From a virus: DNA of 64,000 nucleotides. This document shows, one piece after another, positions 28,847 to 36,949 of the stretch. The position numbers were made by a program, and so were the translations under genes. The stretch covers positions 6,401-70,400 of IMG/VR virus record IMGVR_UViG_3300046648_000324. One strand, 5' to 3'. The notes under the pieces were generated by a model that was not told the origin of the DNA, did no database searches, and saw only the letters and a program-made list of their open reading frames with translations. How positions within the stretch are numbered: position 1 is the stretch's first letter; each line of letters opens with the position of its first letter.

Positions 28847-28909
28847 CCCTATGGGCGCAGCCCATCACTTCATGCTCGCCCTCATCCTATGGGCGCGCGC
28901 CCATCACTT
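28847..28909. repeat. Direct repeat of small hairpins CCTATGGGCGC(A/GC)GCCCATCACTT
   Basis: Two copies at about 28848 and 28886, each containing the ATGGGC/GCCCAT inverted repeat. Confidence 0.7.
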
Positions 28910-28915
28910 TTTGGG

Positions 28916-29236
28916 TCAGGGGTCGACCGTCTCGCTGCCGTCCGGCGCGCGCCGGCGCCCGGTCATCGGGTCCTTGTGCCAGCCCTGCGGCTCGGTGCCG
29001 GCGGCGCCGTCCCACGCGTCGAGCGCCGCCTTGGCGGCCGCGTAGTCGTGGTAGCACCAGCGCCGCGCGTAGCCGAGCGGCTCCATGTCGGCCAGGATCG
29101 CGTGGGTGAACAGGAAGCGGGCGATGCCGCAGATGCCGGCGTCGCCCTTGGGCGCGACGTCGTGGTAGAGGCCCTCGCCGCGCTCGACGATCAGGGCGAT
29201 CAGGGCGGCGGTGGCGGGGTCGGTGGGGGTGCTCAT
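28916..29236 (-). CDS. Hypothetical phage protein
   Basis: AAGGAG RBS; 'RWCYHDYAAAKAALDAWDG...EPQGWHKDPMTGRRR'. Confidence 0.7.
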   Translation of the reverse strand: MSTPTDPATAALIALIVERGEGLYHDVAPKGDAGICGIARFLFTHAILADMEPLGYARRWCYHDYAAAKAALDAWDGAAGTEPQGWHKDPMTGRRRAPDGSETVDP

Positions 29237-29279
29237 GGCGGGGCTCCTTGAAACGGCGCAGGGTAGCACGGCGCTGCGC

Positions 29280-29525
29280 TCAGGCGCGCGCCGCAGCCAG
29301 CCGGCTGGCGAACACCAGCCGCAGCGCCTGCGCGCACAGCTCGTCGCGGGCGGCGGCCTGGGCCCGTGCCAGCACGAATGCGCGCGCGGCGGCGTCGGTG
29401 GTGAAGATGTTGGAAGCGTCGTCGCGCAGGACCTCGAGCAGCAGCCGGCCGTCCCACACCTCGGCCAGCAGCCAGCCCTGGCCCCGTGCTTTTTTTGCCT
29501 GCTCCGCGTTCCAGTCCTGTATCAT
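29280..29525 (-). CDS. Hypothetical protein
   Basis: GGAGG RBS; 81 aa. Confidence 0.6.
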   Translation of the reverse strand: MIQDWNAEQAKKARGQGWLLAEVWDGRLLLEVLRDDASNIFTTDAAARAFVLARAQAAARDELCAQALRLVFASRLAAARA

Positions 29526-29542
29526 GGCGCCTCCGTGTGATG

Positions 29543-29590
29543 GTATGCAGCAGCATACCGCATCCGGTACCCCGATACATACCTGACTAC
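29543..29590. promoter_or_regulatory. Phased TAC-box array upstream of the par operon (candidate parS/operator)
   Basis: TAC at 29556, 29568, 29576, 29580 and 29588, all in one 4-nt register. Confidence 0.55.
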
Positions 29591-29597
29591 CAACGAC

Positions 29598-29792
29598 ATG
29601 AACTTCTCACTCGAACTGACCTGTGACAACGCGGCGTTCGGCCCCACCTTCGAGGATGCGACGGCCGAGATCGCGCGGATCCTGCGCCTGGCCGCGGTCG
29701 CGGTGGACGCTGCCAACGTGCCGCAGCGGCGCACCGCCTACAACCTGCGCGACATCAACGGCCACATCGTCGGCACCTGGAGCCTGGCGTGA
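29598..29792 (+). CDS. Small conserved phage protein (paralogue of 50546-50761)
   Basis: 'DNAAF...EIARILR...RDINGHIVGTW'. Confidence 0.7.
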   Translation: MNFSLELTCDNAAFGPTFEDATAEIARILRLAAVAVDAANVPQRRTAYNLRDINGHIVGTWSLA

Positions 29793-30457
29793 TCTACCTG
29801 GTGGGGTCGTCGAAAGGGGGCGCCGGCAAGTCGACCGTGGCGGTCAACCTGGCCGCGCTGCTGGCGTCCCTGCGCGGGCGCGACGTGCTGCTGGTCGACA
29901 CCGACCAGGCCCAGCCCAGCTCGTCCCTGTGGGCCAGCCTGCGCGCGGCGCGGCCGGCGGCGCCGCCGCTGTCGTGCGTGGCGTTCGGCGCGGCCAGCCT
30001 GGGCCACGAAGTGCGGCGCGCGCTGCGCAAGTACGACGACATCGTGCTCGACGCCGGCGGCCACGATTCGGCCGAGCTGCGCGCGGCGCTGCTGGTGGCC
30101 GACGTGGTCTTGATGCCGGTGGCGCCGGCGCTGTTCGACATCGCGGCGATGGCCACCGACAGCAAGCTGCTCGACTTCGCGCGCCAGTTCAACCCGGCGC
30201 TGCGGGCCTTCATCGTGATCAACAACGCCTCGACCCATTCGTTTGAATCGGGCACGCGCGACACGCGCGAGCAGGCGCGCCAGCTGGCGCCGAACTACGC
30301 GATGCTGGACACCGTGCTGCGCCGCCGCGCGACCTATGACAGCGCCAAGCTGGCCGGTCTCGGCGTGGTCGAGCTCGGGGCGCGCGACAAGGCGGCGGAA
30401 CTGGAAATGCGCGCGCTGTTCAACGAGCTAGCGATGGCGCTGCCGGAGGGCGCATGA
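29789..30457 (+). CDS. parA: ParA family partition ATPase (type Ib)
   Basis: Deviant Walker A 'KGGAGKST', 'VLLVDTDQ', 'DDIVLDAGG', 'ADVVLMPV'; no N-terminal HTH. Confidence 0.92.
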   Translation: MIYLVGSSKGGAGKSTVAVNLAALLASLRGRDVLLVDTDQAQPSSSLWASLRAARPAAPPLSCVAFGAASLGHEVRRALRKYDDIVLDAGGHDSAELRAALLVADVVLMPVAPALFDIAAMATDSKLLDFARQFNPALRAFIVINNASTHSFESGTRDTREQARQLAPNYAMLDTVLRRRATYDSAKLAGLGVVELGARDKAAELEMRALFNELAMALPEGA

Positions 30458-30675
30458 ACGGCGCGTTACAGGCGCGGCTGCGCCTGATCGATTTCCTGCT
30501 CGACTACTACGGCTCGGTGGCGCGCGCCGAGGTCATGGACTTCTGCGGCATCGGGCCGGCCCAGGCCTCGCGCGACCTGGCGCTGTACCTGGAACAGGCA
30601 CCGGGCAACATGTGGCTCGACCACGCCACCAAGCGCTATCTGCGCAGCTCCTTCTTCGAGAGGCAATTTCCATGA
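30454..30675 (+). CDS. Second stand-alone CapW/BrxR-like winged-HTH protein
   Basis: 'RLRLIDFLLDYYGSVARAEVMDFCGIGPAQASRDLALYLEQAPGNMWLDHATKRY'; paralogue of 27013-27273. Confidence 0.75.
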   Translation: MNGALQARLRLIDFLLDYYGSVARAEVMDFCGIGPAQASRDLALYLEQAPGNMWLDHATKRYLRSSFFERQFP

Positions 30676-30899
30676 GCACCAAGCCGAACAAGTTCGCCGC
30701 CGCCGCCGACTTCATCCGCGCCGCGCCGACCGAGGCCGCCAGCGGCGGTGGACGGCGCCCGCCAGCGGCGGACTCGCGCCTGACGGTCAACATCGACCGC
30801 GCGCTGCACCTGCGGGTCAAGCTGTACGCGGTGGCCAACTACACCTCGATCGGCGAACTGATCGAGGAGTGGATCGAGCAGCACGTGCCGCCGGGCTAG
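30672..30899 (+). CDS. ParG-like ribbon-helix-helix centromere-binding protein
   Basis: Flexible N-terminal tail plus RHH 'RLTVNIDRALHLRVKLYAVANYTSIGELIEEWI'; in the parA operon. Confidence 0.8.
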   Translation: MSTKPNKFAAAADFIRAAPTEAASGGGRRPPAADSRLTVNIDRALHLRVKLYAVANYTSIGELIEEWIEQHVPPG

Positions 30900-30911
30900 T
30901 CCGGCTCGCCG

Positions 30912-31217
30912 CTATTCTTCGCGGTCGAGCACGGAACGCACGTGGTGTGCGATCAGGCCGCCCACGGTCAGCGCGGGGTCGAGCGGATCGAACGGCACCC
31001 CGGCCGCGGCGCAGCGCGCCTCGATTTCGTCGCGCCAGACGTCGGGGAGCGGGCCGTACTGGCACTTTTCATACTCCTCGATGATCAGGGCCAGCAGGTG
31101 CAGCTGGTCGGCCTCGGGGGTGCCGAGCGCCGGGTCGAGTTTGATCAGTTCCTGCACGGCCGCCATCGCCAGCATATAGGCGTCGGCGTCGCGGATCGGC
31201 TTGATCAGGTTGATCAT
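30912..31217 (-). CDS. HigA-like antitoxin N-terminal domain lacking the XRE HTH
   Basis: 'IKPIRDADAY..AMA.VQELI..DP..GTPEADQL.LLALIIEEYEK' is the HigA N-terminal pattern; the C-terminus is unrelated; no adjacent toxin. Confidence 0.65.
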   Translation of the reverse strand: MINLIKPIRDADAYMLAMAAVQELIKLDPALGTPEADQLHLLALIIEEYEKCQYGPLPDVWRDEIEARCAAAGVPFDPLDPALTVGGLIAHHVRSVLDREE

Positions 31218-31220
31218 GGG

Positions 31221-31436
31221 TCAGCTCCTTTTTACCTTGACGGCTTCCAGCACCTGCCCGAGGTGCCGGTAGGCGGTCAACGTCGCGACATAGGAAAAAT
31301 TCCCTGCCGGCGATTCGGCCAGCATGGCGATCAAGCCTTCCCTGACACCGGGGCGGCTCAATGCGCCGCCGATCATGCCAAGGTGGAGGGCCAGCTCGGA
31401 CAACAGCGTCTGGTCGTGTTGGTCTTGGGCGCTCAT
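31221..31436 (-). CDS. Hypothetical protein
   Basis: MSAQDQHDQTLLSEL...; coupled ORF. Confidence 0.55.
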   Translation of the reverse strand: MSAQDQHDQTLLSELALHLGMIGGALSRPGVREGLIAMLAESPAGNFSYVATLTAYRHLGQVLEAVKVKRS

Positions 31437-31726
31437 GCCGCTTCCGGCTCCTGGTCGCCGATGCGGTGGGTGGTGACGCCGGTGATCCCGCTTGGGAGCG
31501 CCGGCTTCCCCGGGACCGGCGCGGCGTCGAGCACCTCGCCCATGAAGCCGGTCCCCTTGACCTTGCCCTGGGTCGCCTTGACCAGTTCGACTTCGACCTT
31601 GGCGCTGTTGATGATGACCTGGCCGAGGTTGCCGATCACGGTGGCGTTTTCGACCGGCACGGTCTTGTTGCGCACGCCTTCGATGGTCTGGAAGATCGCC
31701 TCGCGCAAGTCCTGGATGGTGTTCAT
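31433..31726 (-). CDS. Hypothetical protein (partner of the HNH gene)
   Basis: 'LREAIFQTIE...IGNLGQVIINSAKVEV'. Confidence 0.7.
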   Translation of the reverse strand: MNTIQDLREAIFQTIEGVRNKTVPVENATVIGNLGQVIINSAKVEVELVKATQGKVKGTGFMGEVLDAAPVPGKPALPSGITGVTTHRIGDQEPEAA

Positions 31727-32220
31727 GGTTCCTCTTTGTGTCGTTGGTTGATTTCACGCGTGAGCACGGCTTTGAGCCGGATCAGGCTGGCCAGTTCGGG
31801 CGGCAAGGTGCTCTCCGGGTGGTAGCGCATGATCCAGTCGGCCTTGGCCACCAGCTCCAGGTTGGCCAGGCCGGTGTGCGCCGGGTTGCCGTCGCGGAAG
31901 GTCAGTATGTGGTCGTCGGGCAGCGGGCCGTGCGCCGCCTCCCACACCGTGTGGTGCAGCAGGCGCCACGCTTGCGGCCAGCCGCCTTCGGCCACCTTCA
32001 GGTACTGGTAGCCCTTGGTGCCGTACACCCGCACGCTGCCGGGCGGCAGCGTGTTGTGCGGCGGCCCCTTCGGCTTGGCCAGGCCGAGTGCGCGGGCGCG
32101 GGCGCGCACCGCGTCCGCACTGCGCTCCAGGGCCGCCGCCACCGCGCCCCACGCCAGCGCCGGGACCAGCGCGGCCAGCGCCAAGTCGTCGTCCGCCGAC
32201 CATGGCCTGCGCTGCTTCAT
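31723..32220 (-). CDS. HNH endonuclease family protein
   Basis: 'LHHTVWEAAHGPLPDDHILTFRDGNPAHTGLANLELV' (HNH_3-like, partly degenerate). Confidence 0.75.
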   Translation of the reverse strand: MKQRRPWSADDDLALAALVPALAWGAVAAALERSADAVRARARALGLAKPKGPPHNTLPPGSVRVYGTKGYQYLKVAEGGWPQAWRLLHHTVWEAAHGPLPDDHILTFRDGNPAHTGLANLELVAKADWIMRYHPESTLPPELASLIRLKAVLTREINQRHKEEP

Positions 32221-32227
32221 CGCCTGC

Positions 32228-32560
32228 TCAAGGCTGGTCGCCGGCCAGCGCCTCGTAGGCCGGCATCGCCAGCAGCCAGCCGCGCTCCTGGAATTCCTTG
32301 AACGCGGCGTCGGCCACGCGGCTGGCGAAGCTGGCGATTTCAGCCGGTTCGCGCAGGCGCATCGCCTGGCGTCCGGCCGAATCCTCGCCATCCGGGGTGG
32401 CGGCGATCAGCGCGAAGCGCTCGATGATCTGCATGGCAAAGCCGGCGCGCGGGTCGGGCTGGAACGCCGCATGGGCGACCACGCCGCCTTCGCGCGCGTA
32501 GCGATCCTTTACCGGGACCACGTGCAGGCTCATCATGTCGTTGCTGGCTACTTGGGTCAT
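32228..32560 (-). CDS. Hypothetical protein
   Basis: AAGGAG RBS; 'DGEDSAGRQ' motif. Confidence 0.7.
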   Translation of the reverse strand: MTQVASNDMMSLHVVPVKDRYAREGGVVAHAAFQPDPRAGFAMQIIERFALIAATPDGEDSAGRQAMRLREPAEIASFASRVADAAFKEFQERGWLLAMPAYEALAGDQP

Positions 32561-32584
32561 GCGTGTTCTCCTTGGGGGTGGGGG

Positions 32585-32881
32585 TCAGTGGCGCACGCCG
32601 GGCGCGGCCGGCGGCGCGGCGGTGTCGGTGGCTTGCACGACTTCGACCGTCTGCACCCCCATGCCGGTGGCGAACAGCTGGAAGTAGGTGCCGACCACTT
32701 CCTCGGTCGGGTTGCCCTGGTTGACCGCGTGCTGCACCAGCCCGCCCGCGATGGTGCCGAACAGGTAGGCGGCGCGCCCGAACGCGACGCGCTCGTCCTT
32801 GAGCTGGGTGACGATGCGGTCGCGCAGGGCTTGCTCGGCCTCGGTCAGGGGGCCGGTCAGGTGGGAGGTGTCGGGGGTCAT
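32585..32881 (-). CDS. Hypothetical protein
   Basis: AAGGAG RBS; 98 aa. Confidence 0.65.
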   Translation of the reverse strand: MTPDTSHLTGPLTEAEQALRDRIVTQLKDERVAFGRAAYLFGTIAGGLVQHAVNQGNPTEEVVGTYFQLFATGMGVQTVEVVQATDTAAPPAAPGVRH

Positions 32882-32939
32882 GGGGTGCTCCTTGCAATGG
32901 GGGGTATTGTAGCCGATTGCGCGTGCGCAAACGCAATTT

Positions 32940-33335
32940 TTACCCCGGGCGCTGCCTGACCGTGATGGCGAACCCGGGCAGCTCGATGGTGATCACGTCG
33001 TGTTCGGACGTGATCAGGATGTTGGGCTTGTCGACCAGGGTGGTGCGCGCGCCATACACCTGCGGCGTGGCGCCGGCCCCGTGCACCGGCGCCGGGCCCG
33101 GTTCGCGCCAGACGTAGGCCCAGCGCGAACTGTCGCGCGCGTTCTTGGCCGCCGCGACCCGGGTGGCGTGGCCTTTGCGCCACAGCCCCCCCAGGTAGTC
33201 CGACACCCGGTTGGCCGAGTGCGCCAGCGCGCGGACGTCGGCCCGCTCGTACAGCTCGACGCAGGTCAGCGGGTGGTCGGCCGCCTTCAGCAGCTCGCTC
33301 AGCAGCTGGTACAGGCCGGACTCCATCTTGCTCAT
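32940..33335 (-). CDS. Putative wHTH DNA-binding protein
   Basis: 'PLTCVELYE...VSDYLGGLWRKG...RWAYVW'; operator-like palindrome directly upstream. Confidence 0.6.
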   Translation of the reverse strand: MSKMESGLYQLLSELLKAADHPLTCVELYERADVRALAHSANRVSDYLGGLWRKGHATRVAAAKNARDSSRWAYVWREPGPAPVHGAGATPQVYGARTTLVDKPNILITSEHDVITIELPGFAITVRQRPG

Positions 33336-33368
33336 GGTGAACTTTCGTTTCTATTGAAGATGCGTGAT

Positions 33369-33383
33369 TCTATAATAGATCGG
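33369..33383. promoter_or_regulatory. Operator-like palindrome
   Basis: TCTATAATAGATCGG, a member of the TCTA-N3-TAGATCG family. Confidence 0.6.
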
Positions 33384-33491
33384 ACGAAAGGCTTGCACGA
33401 TTTCATGCAAAACCAGCAAACCGGTGATGATGGCGGCGGCCAGCCGCGCCAGCAGGTCGGCCAGGGTGAGCAGGATCATGATGGGCTCCAA

Positions 33492-33522
33492 AGAAAGAAA
33501 GCCGGCACGCGGCCGGCTTTGG
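33492..33522 (-). terminator. Intrinsic terminator
   Basis: AAAGCCGGC-ACGCG-GCCGGCTTT stem with an A-rich left flank. Confidence 0.5.
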
Positions 33523-33538
33523 GAAGGGATCGGGGTGC

Positions 33539-33928
33539 TCAGCTGGTGGCGGCCACCAGCGCCGCCGCCAGCGCCGGGCGCGTCAGCAGGCGCGCGCGGA
33601 ACGCGGCGCAGGTCAGCGCCTGCTCCCACGCCAGGTCGCGCAGCAGCACCCCGCCCTCGCGGCAGCCGACGATCACCGCCAGGTTGCGCCCCTCGGCGTA
33701 GCGGGCCCGGCCCCACTCCAGCTGCAGCGCCGACAGCGCGATTGGCACCAGGGTGGCGGGCCGGACCGGCAGCAGCACGTGCTTGTACTCGACCCACAGG
33801 TCGCGCGCGCCCGAGTACCAGACATCCCAGGTGCCGCCGTGGTACGGGTTGTGCATCTTTTCATGATACAGCCCGCGCGGCAGGTGGCGGTGCAGCGCCT
33901 GGTAAAAGCTGGTCTCGGGCTTGCTCAC
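33539..33928 (-). CDS. VRR-NUC / Holliday junction resolvase-like nuclease
   Basis: 'KPETSFY...GGTWDVWY...LWVEYK...LSALQLEW' PD-(D/E)xK pattern. Confidence 0.75.
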   Translation of the reverse strand: MSKPETSFYQALHRHLPRGLYHEKMHNPYHGGTWDVWYSGARDLWVEYKHVLLPVRPATLVPIALSALQLEWGRARYAEGRNLAVIVGCREGGVLLRDLAWEQALTCAAFRARLLTRPALAAALVAATS

Positions 33929-34170
33929 GGCGCCGCGCGCAGGCGCGCGATCAGCGGCGCCAGCGCCGGGTCGCATAGCGCCTCGGCCGCCAGCAGGCCG
34001 CCGCTGGCCGCGTCCAGCTTGAGCGCGGACAGCACGCTGCAGGGCGCCTTGCCGTTGGCCAGCCGGCTGATCAGCGAGGGCGGCAGGCCGCTGGCGGCGG
34101 CCAGCTGCTGCTGCTTGACGCCGGGGCGCGCCAGGTAGTCGGCCAGGGTCAGCGTCAGCGCCGGGTTCAT
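33925..34170 (-). CDS. Cro/YdaS-like HTH regulator
   Basis: 'LADYL...KQQQLAAASGLPPSLISRLANG'. Confidence 0.75.
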   Translation of the reverse strand: MNPALTLTLADYLARPGVKQQQLAAASGLPPSLISRLANGKAPCSVLSALKLDAASGGLLAAEALCDPALAPLIARLRAAP

Positions 34171-34763
34171 GCGGCCTCCGCGACCTGGCAGCCGACCCGG
34201 TCGGCGCCGCTCAGCGCGCGCAGGCAGCGCTGCAGGCGGCGCGCCTGGTGCACGGCGTCGGAGGCGGCGTGGTGCAGGTCGGGGTTGGACCCGGCCAGCG
34301 CCAGGTCGCGCAGCGCCGGCAGCTTGGTGATGGTGCGCAGGCAGTTGGTGTTGCGGTACTGCCACGGCACCTCGTAGCCGAAGCTGCGGTAGGCGTGCGC
34401 CAACAGCGGCAGGTCGAAGTCGGCGCCGAAGCTCCACACCTGGGTGGCATCAAGGCCGCGCGGCGCCAGGTAGTCGGCCAGCGCTTCGAGCGCGCAGCGC
34501 AGGGTGGTCTTCGGTTCATGGAACACGCGCTGGGCCTGGTCGCTCTGGTTGAGCCACCAGAGCAGGGTGTCCTCGTCCAGGTGGCGCTGGCCGGCCTCGT
34601 GGTTGGAGTCGATCGAGACCGACAGGTAGAACGGCTGCGGGTCGAGCGCCGCGCCGTACGGGTCGAAGCGCACCGCGCCGATCGACAGGATCACGCTGTC
34701 GGCGCGCGTGCCCAGGGTTTCGGTGTCGAGCATGGTATGGGTCAGATGCGGGGTCAGGTGCAT
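34167..34763 (-). CDS. DEDDh 3'-5' exonuclease (exoribonuclease / ExoVIII-N-like)
   Basis: 'MLDTETLG..SVILSIGAV', 'TLLWW..Q', 'GADFDLP', 'HHAASDA'. Confidence 0.88.
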   Translation of the reverse strand: MHLTPHLTHTMLDTETLGTRADSVILSIGAVRFDPYGAALDPQPFYLSVSIDSNHEAGQRHLDEDTLLWWLNQSDQAQRVFHEPKTTLRCALEALADYLAPRGLDATQVWSFGADFDLPLLAHAYRSFGYEVPWQYRNTNCLRTITKLPALRDLALAGSNPDLHHAASDAVHQARRLQRCLRALSGADRVGCQVAEAA

Positions 34764-34834
34764 GGCTGCCTTCTCTTTCAGGAGGGAGGAAGGCGCGGCC
34801 GCCGGGTCTGCGCCCGGCAGGGCCGCGCCGCGCA

Positions 34835-35098
34835 TCAGGCCGCCTTGGCCGGCATCGCCTTCTCGGCCGCCGCCAGGGTCTTGGCGGCCGCCGCCAGGGT
34901 CTTGTTCAAGCCTTTGAGCTCGTCGGCGTGCGCGCGCGCCAGCGCCTTGGCCGCCGCCGCGTGGGCCTTGGCGGCCGCGTTGACGGCGCCGCTGGCGGCC
35001 TTGTGGACGCCCTTGGCGTCCTTCAGCGCGGCGCTCGCGGCGCGGGTGACGTCGGCCAGTTCGGCAGTGGACAAAATCTTGGAGGGGATGCGTGCCAT
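34835..35098 (-). CDS. Lys/Ala-rich small basic protein
   Basis: AAGGAG RBS; AAK-rich helical sequence. Confidence 0.65.
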   Translation of the reverse strand: MARIPSKILSTAELADVTRAASAALKDAKGVHKAASGAVNAAAKAHAAAAKALARAHADELKGLNKTLAAAAKTLAAAEKAMPAKAA

Positions 35099-35135
35099 GG
35101 TACTCCTTTAGTGTGGATGGGTGGGTGCTGCTGCT

Positions 35136-35378
35136 TTATGCCTGGCCGGCGCGCGCGCCGGGGTGGCGGTACCTGGCGTCCAGCTCGGCGCCGTAGGCCA
35201 GTTCGTTGAGCCGGACCGCGCGCGCGATCAGGCGGTCGATGGTCGACTTGCGCCGGGTCGACTGCGATTCCAGTTCCAGGACGGCGACGATCTCGTCGAG
35301 CGTCAGGTCGGGCAGCACTGCGGTCAGTTGGGTAAACGCGCCGAGGGCTTGCTGCATGTGCCATTTTCTGACAGCCAT
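35136..35378 (-). CDS. Hypothetical protein
   Basis: 'LTLDEI..VLELE...RRKSTIDRL'. Confidence 0.65.
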   Translation of the reverse strand: MAVRKWHMQQALGAFTQLTAVLPDLTLDEIVAVLELESQSTRRKSTIDRLIARAVRLNELAYGAELDARYRHPGARAGQA

Positions 35379-35484
35379 CTTTTCACCTTGGAATCAATTG
35401 TGCGCCGTTTTTCATGGATTTTGCTAGCATTCCACGATTTTTTCTTGAACAGCGGGCGCCGGCCCTCCCGCTGTGGTATTTATG

Positions 35485-36243
35485 TCAAGCCCGGCGCCGC
35501 GGCGGCGCCGCCTTCTTGGCCGGCGCCTCGTAGCCGGACACGTCCGGTTCGGTCAGCAGCCGCTCCATCGCTTCCTTGCGCCGGCCGAAGCACAGCGCCA
35601 GGTCCTCGTTGGGCGCCGGGTTGCCGAAGCGCAGCGACGGGTAGGTGCTGGCCGGGTCGAACGACAGCTCGGTGACCACCCCGACCGGCGCCACCTCGAA
35701 CGTGGTGGCGACCGACTTGACGTAGGCGTCGAACGCCTTCACCGCGGTCGGGCTGGTCTTCATCAGCCACAGCGGGGTGTCGGCGGTGGCGCCCGGCGGC
35801 AGCACGGCCAGGATCCGGGTGTTCTTGCAGGCCTTGCCGTTGCCGTCCGAGCCGAACTGGTTCATCGGGCACACGGCGCAGGTGGCGGCCTGCTGCAGCG
35901 GACTGTTCTTCGACGGCACCAGCTCGCTCGGGTTGAGGCCGAGCGCGAAGCAGGCCGGCGGCGTCACGTTGTTGGGGTCGTACACGCTGTCGTAGAAGCT
36001 GTTGCCGGCGATGAAGTCGACGATCACCAGGTTGATCGGGCCGGCGTGCTTGGTGCCGTCCGGGAACTGGAAGAACTTGTCCTGGGTGATCTTGATGACG
36101 TCGCCGCCGGGCGCGCCCACGCGGTTGGCCAGCTGCTGCACTTCGGCCTTCATCTGGGCGCGCAGGTCGACCAGCGCGCTGCCGCCGCCGCTGGTGGTGG
36201 CGATGTCGGCGCCGCGCGCGGCGGTGGATTTCTTGGTTGCCAT
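35485..36243 (-). CDS. Putative ssDNA-binding / recombination protein with Cys motif
   Basis: 'FYDSVYDP...PACFA...CAVCPMNQFGS.G.GKACKN'; within the replication cluster. Confidence 0.6.
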   Translation of the reverse strand: MATKKSTAARGADIATTSGGGSALVDLRAQMKAEVQQLANRVGAPGGDVIKITQDKFFQFPDGTKHAGPINLVIVDFIAGNSFYDSVYDPNNVTPPACFALGLNPSELVPSKNSPLQQAATCAVCPMNQFGSDGNGKACKNTRILAVLPPGATADTPLWLMKTSPTAVKAFDAYVKSVATTFEVAPVGVVTELSFDPASTYPSLRFGNPAPNEDLALCFGRRKEAMERLLTEPDVSGYEAPAKKAAPPRRRA

Positions 36244-36261
36244 GATGCTCTCCTTGAAAAA

Positions 36262-36657
36262 TTACTGCAGGCTGCGCAGGTTGATCCGGCGCCGCGTGAA
36301 TGGTGTCAGTCCCGGCACCACCCGGTTACCCTGGTACAGCTCGTGCACGGCGAGGTCGGCCACGCGGCGCTGGAACAGGTGAAAATAGTTATGCCGCCGT
36401 ACGAACTTGGCGAACAGCTCGAAGTCGGTGATCGTGAAGCACACGCTCTGGCCGATCGCGGCGGTCGCCTTCTTGCCGCGCCCGCTGTCGATGTCGTCGG
36501 CGTCGAAGCGCGCCAGCAGCTGGGCCTCGAGGGCGTCGAGCTGCGCCTCGAGCGCGCCGATCTCGGCGGCCTTGGCGCGCTTGGCTTCGCGCAGCGCCCA
36601 CATCTGGTCAATCAGGCGCCCCAGCGATGGCGGGCGCGGTGGTAGATCGTCGGGCAT
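36262..36657 (-). CDS. Conserved replication-cluster protein (coiled coil)
   Basis: AGGAGG RBS; 'DFELFAKFV...LFQRRV'. Confidence 0.7.
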   Translation of the reverse strand: MPDDLPPRPPSLGRLIDQMWALREAKRAKAAEIGALEAQLDALEAQLLARFDADDIDSGRGKKATAAIGQSVCFTITDFELFAKFVRRHNYFHLFQRRVADLAVHELYQGNRVVPGLTPFTRRRINLRSLQ

Positions 36658-36678
36658 GACCGATCCTCCTATCTTGTA

Positions 36679-36732
36679 CGATCTATTTTAGATCGGACGA
36701 TGGATCGTAATCCCGCGCGCGATGCCGGTCAA
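36679..36732 (-). promoter_or_regulatory. Sigma70 promoter with a downstream perfect operator palindrome
   Basis: Minus strand TTGACC(36732-27)-17 nt-TACGAT(36709-04); CGATCTA-TTT-TAGATCG at 36679-36695. Confidence 0.75.
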
Positions 36733-36757
36733 GCAGTTTCGGCGTGCGCGCGGGGGC

Positions 36758-36949
36758 TCAGGATGAATCGCGCGTTTCGCGGATCCACCATTGGGGCTGG
36801 GCCAGCGGGTTGCCGGTCAGCGGGTGCTCGTCGATGACCATCGCCTCGGCGTCCCAGCCCGCCGGCGCCCGGTAGCCGCGCACGTCGCCGGGGTCGGTGT
36901 AGCGGCGCCAGCGTTGGGTGCCGGGCGGGTATTGATAGGCGCTTTTCAT
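36758..36949 (-). CDS. Hypothetical protein
   Basis: 63 aa coupled ORF. Confidence 0.55.
   Translation of the reverse strand: MKSAYQYPPGTQRWRRYTDPGDVRGYRAPAGWDAEAMVIDEHPLTGNPLAQPQWWIRETRDSS

Noticed and set aside
33351-33479. 42-aa hydrophobic ORF on the minus strand
   Set aside because: Overlaps the AT-rich operator/promoter region; coding status cannot be supported
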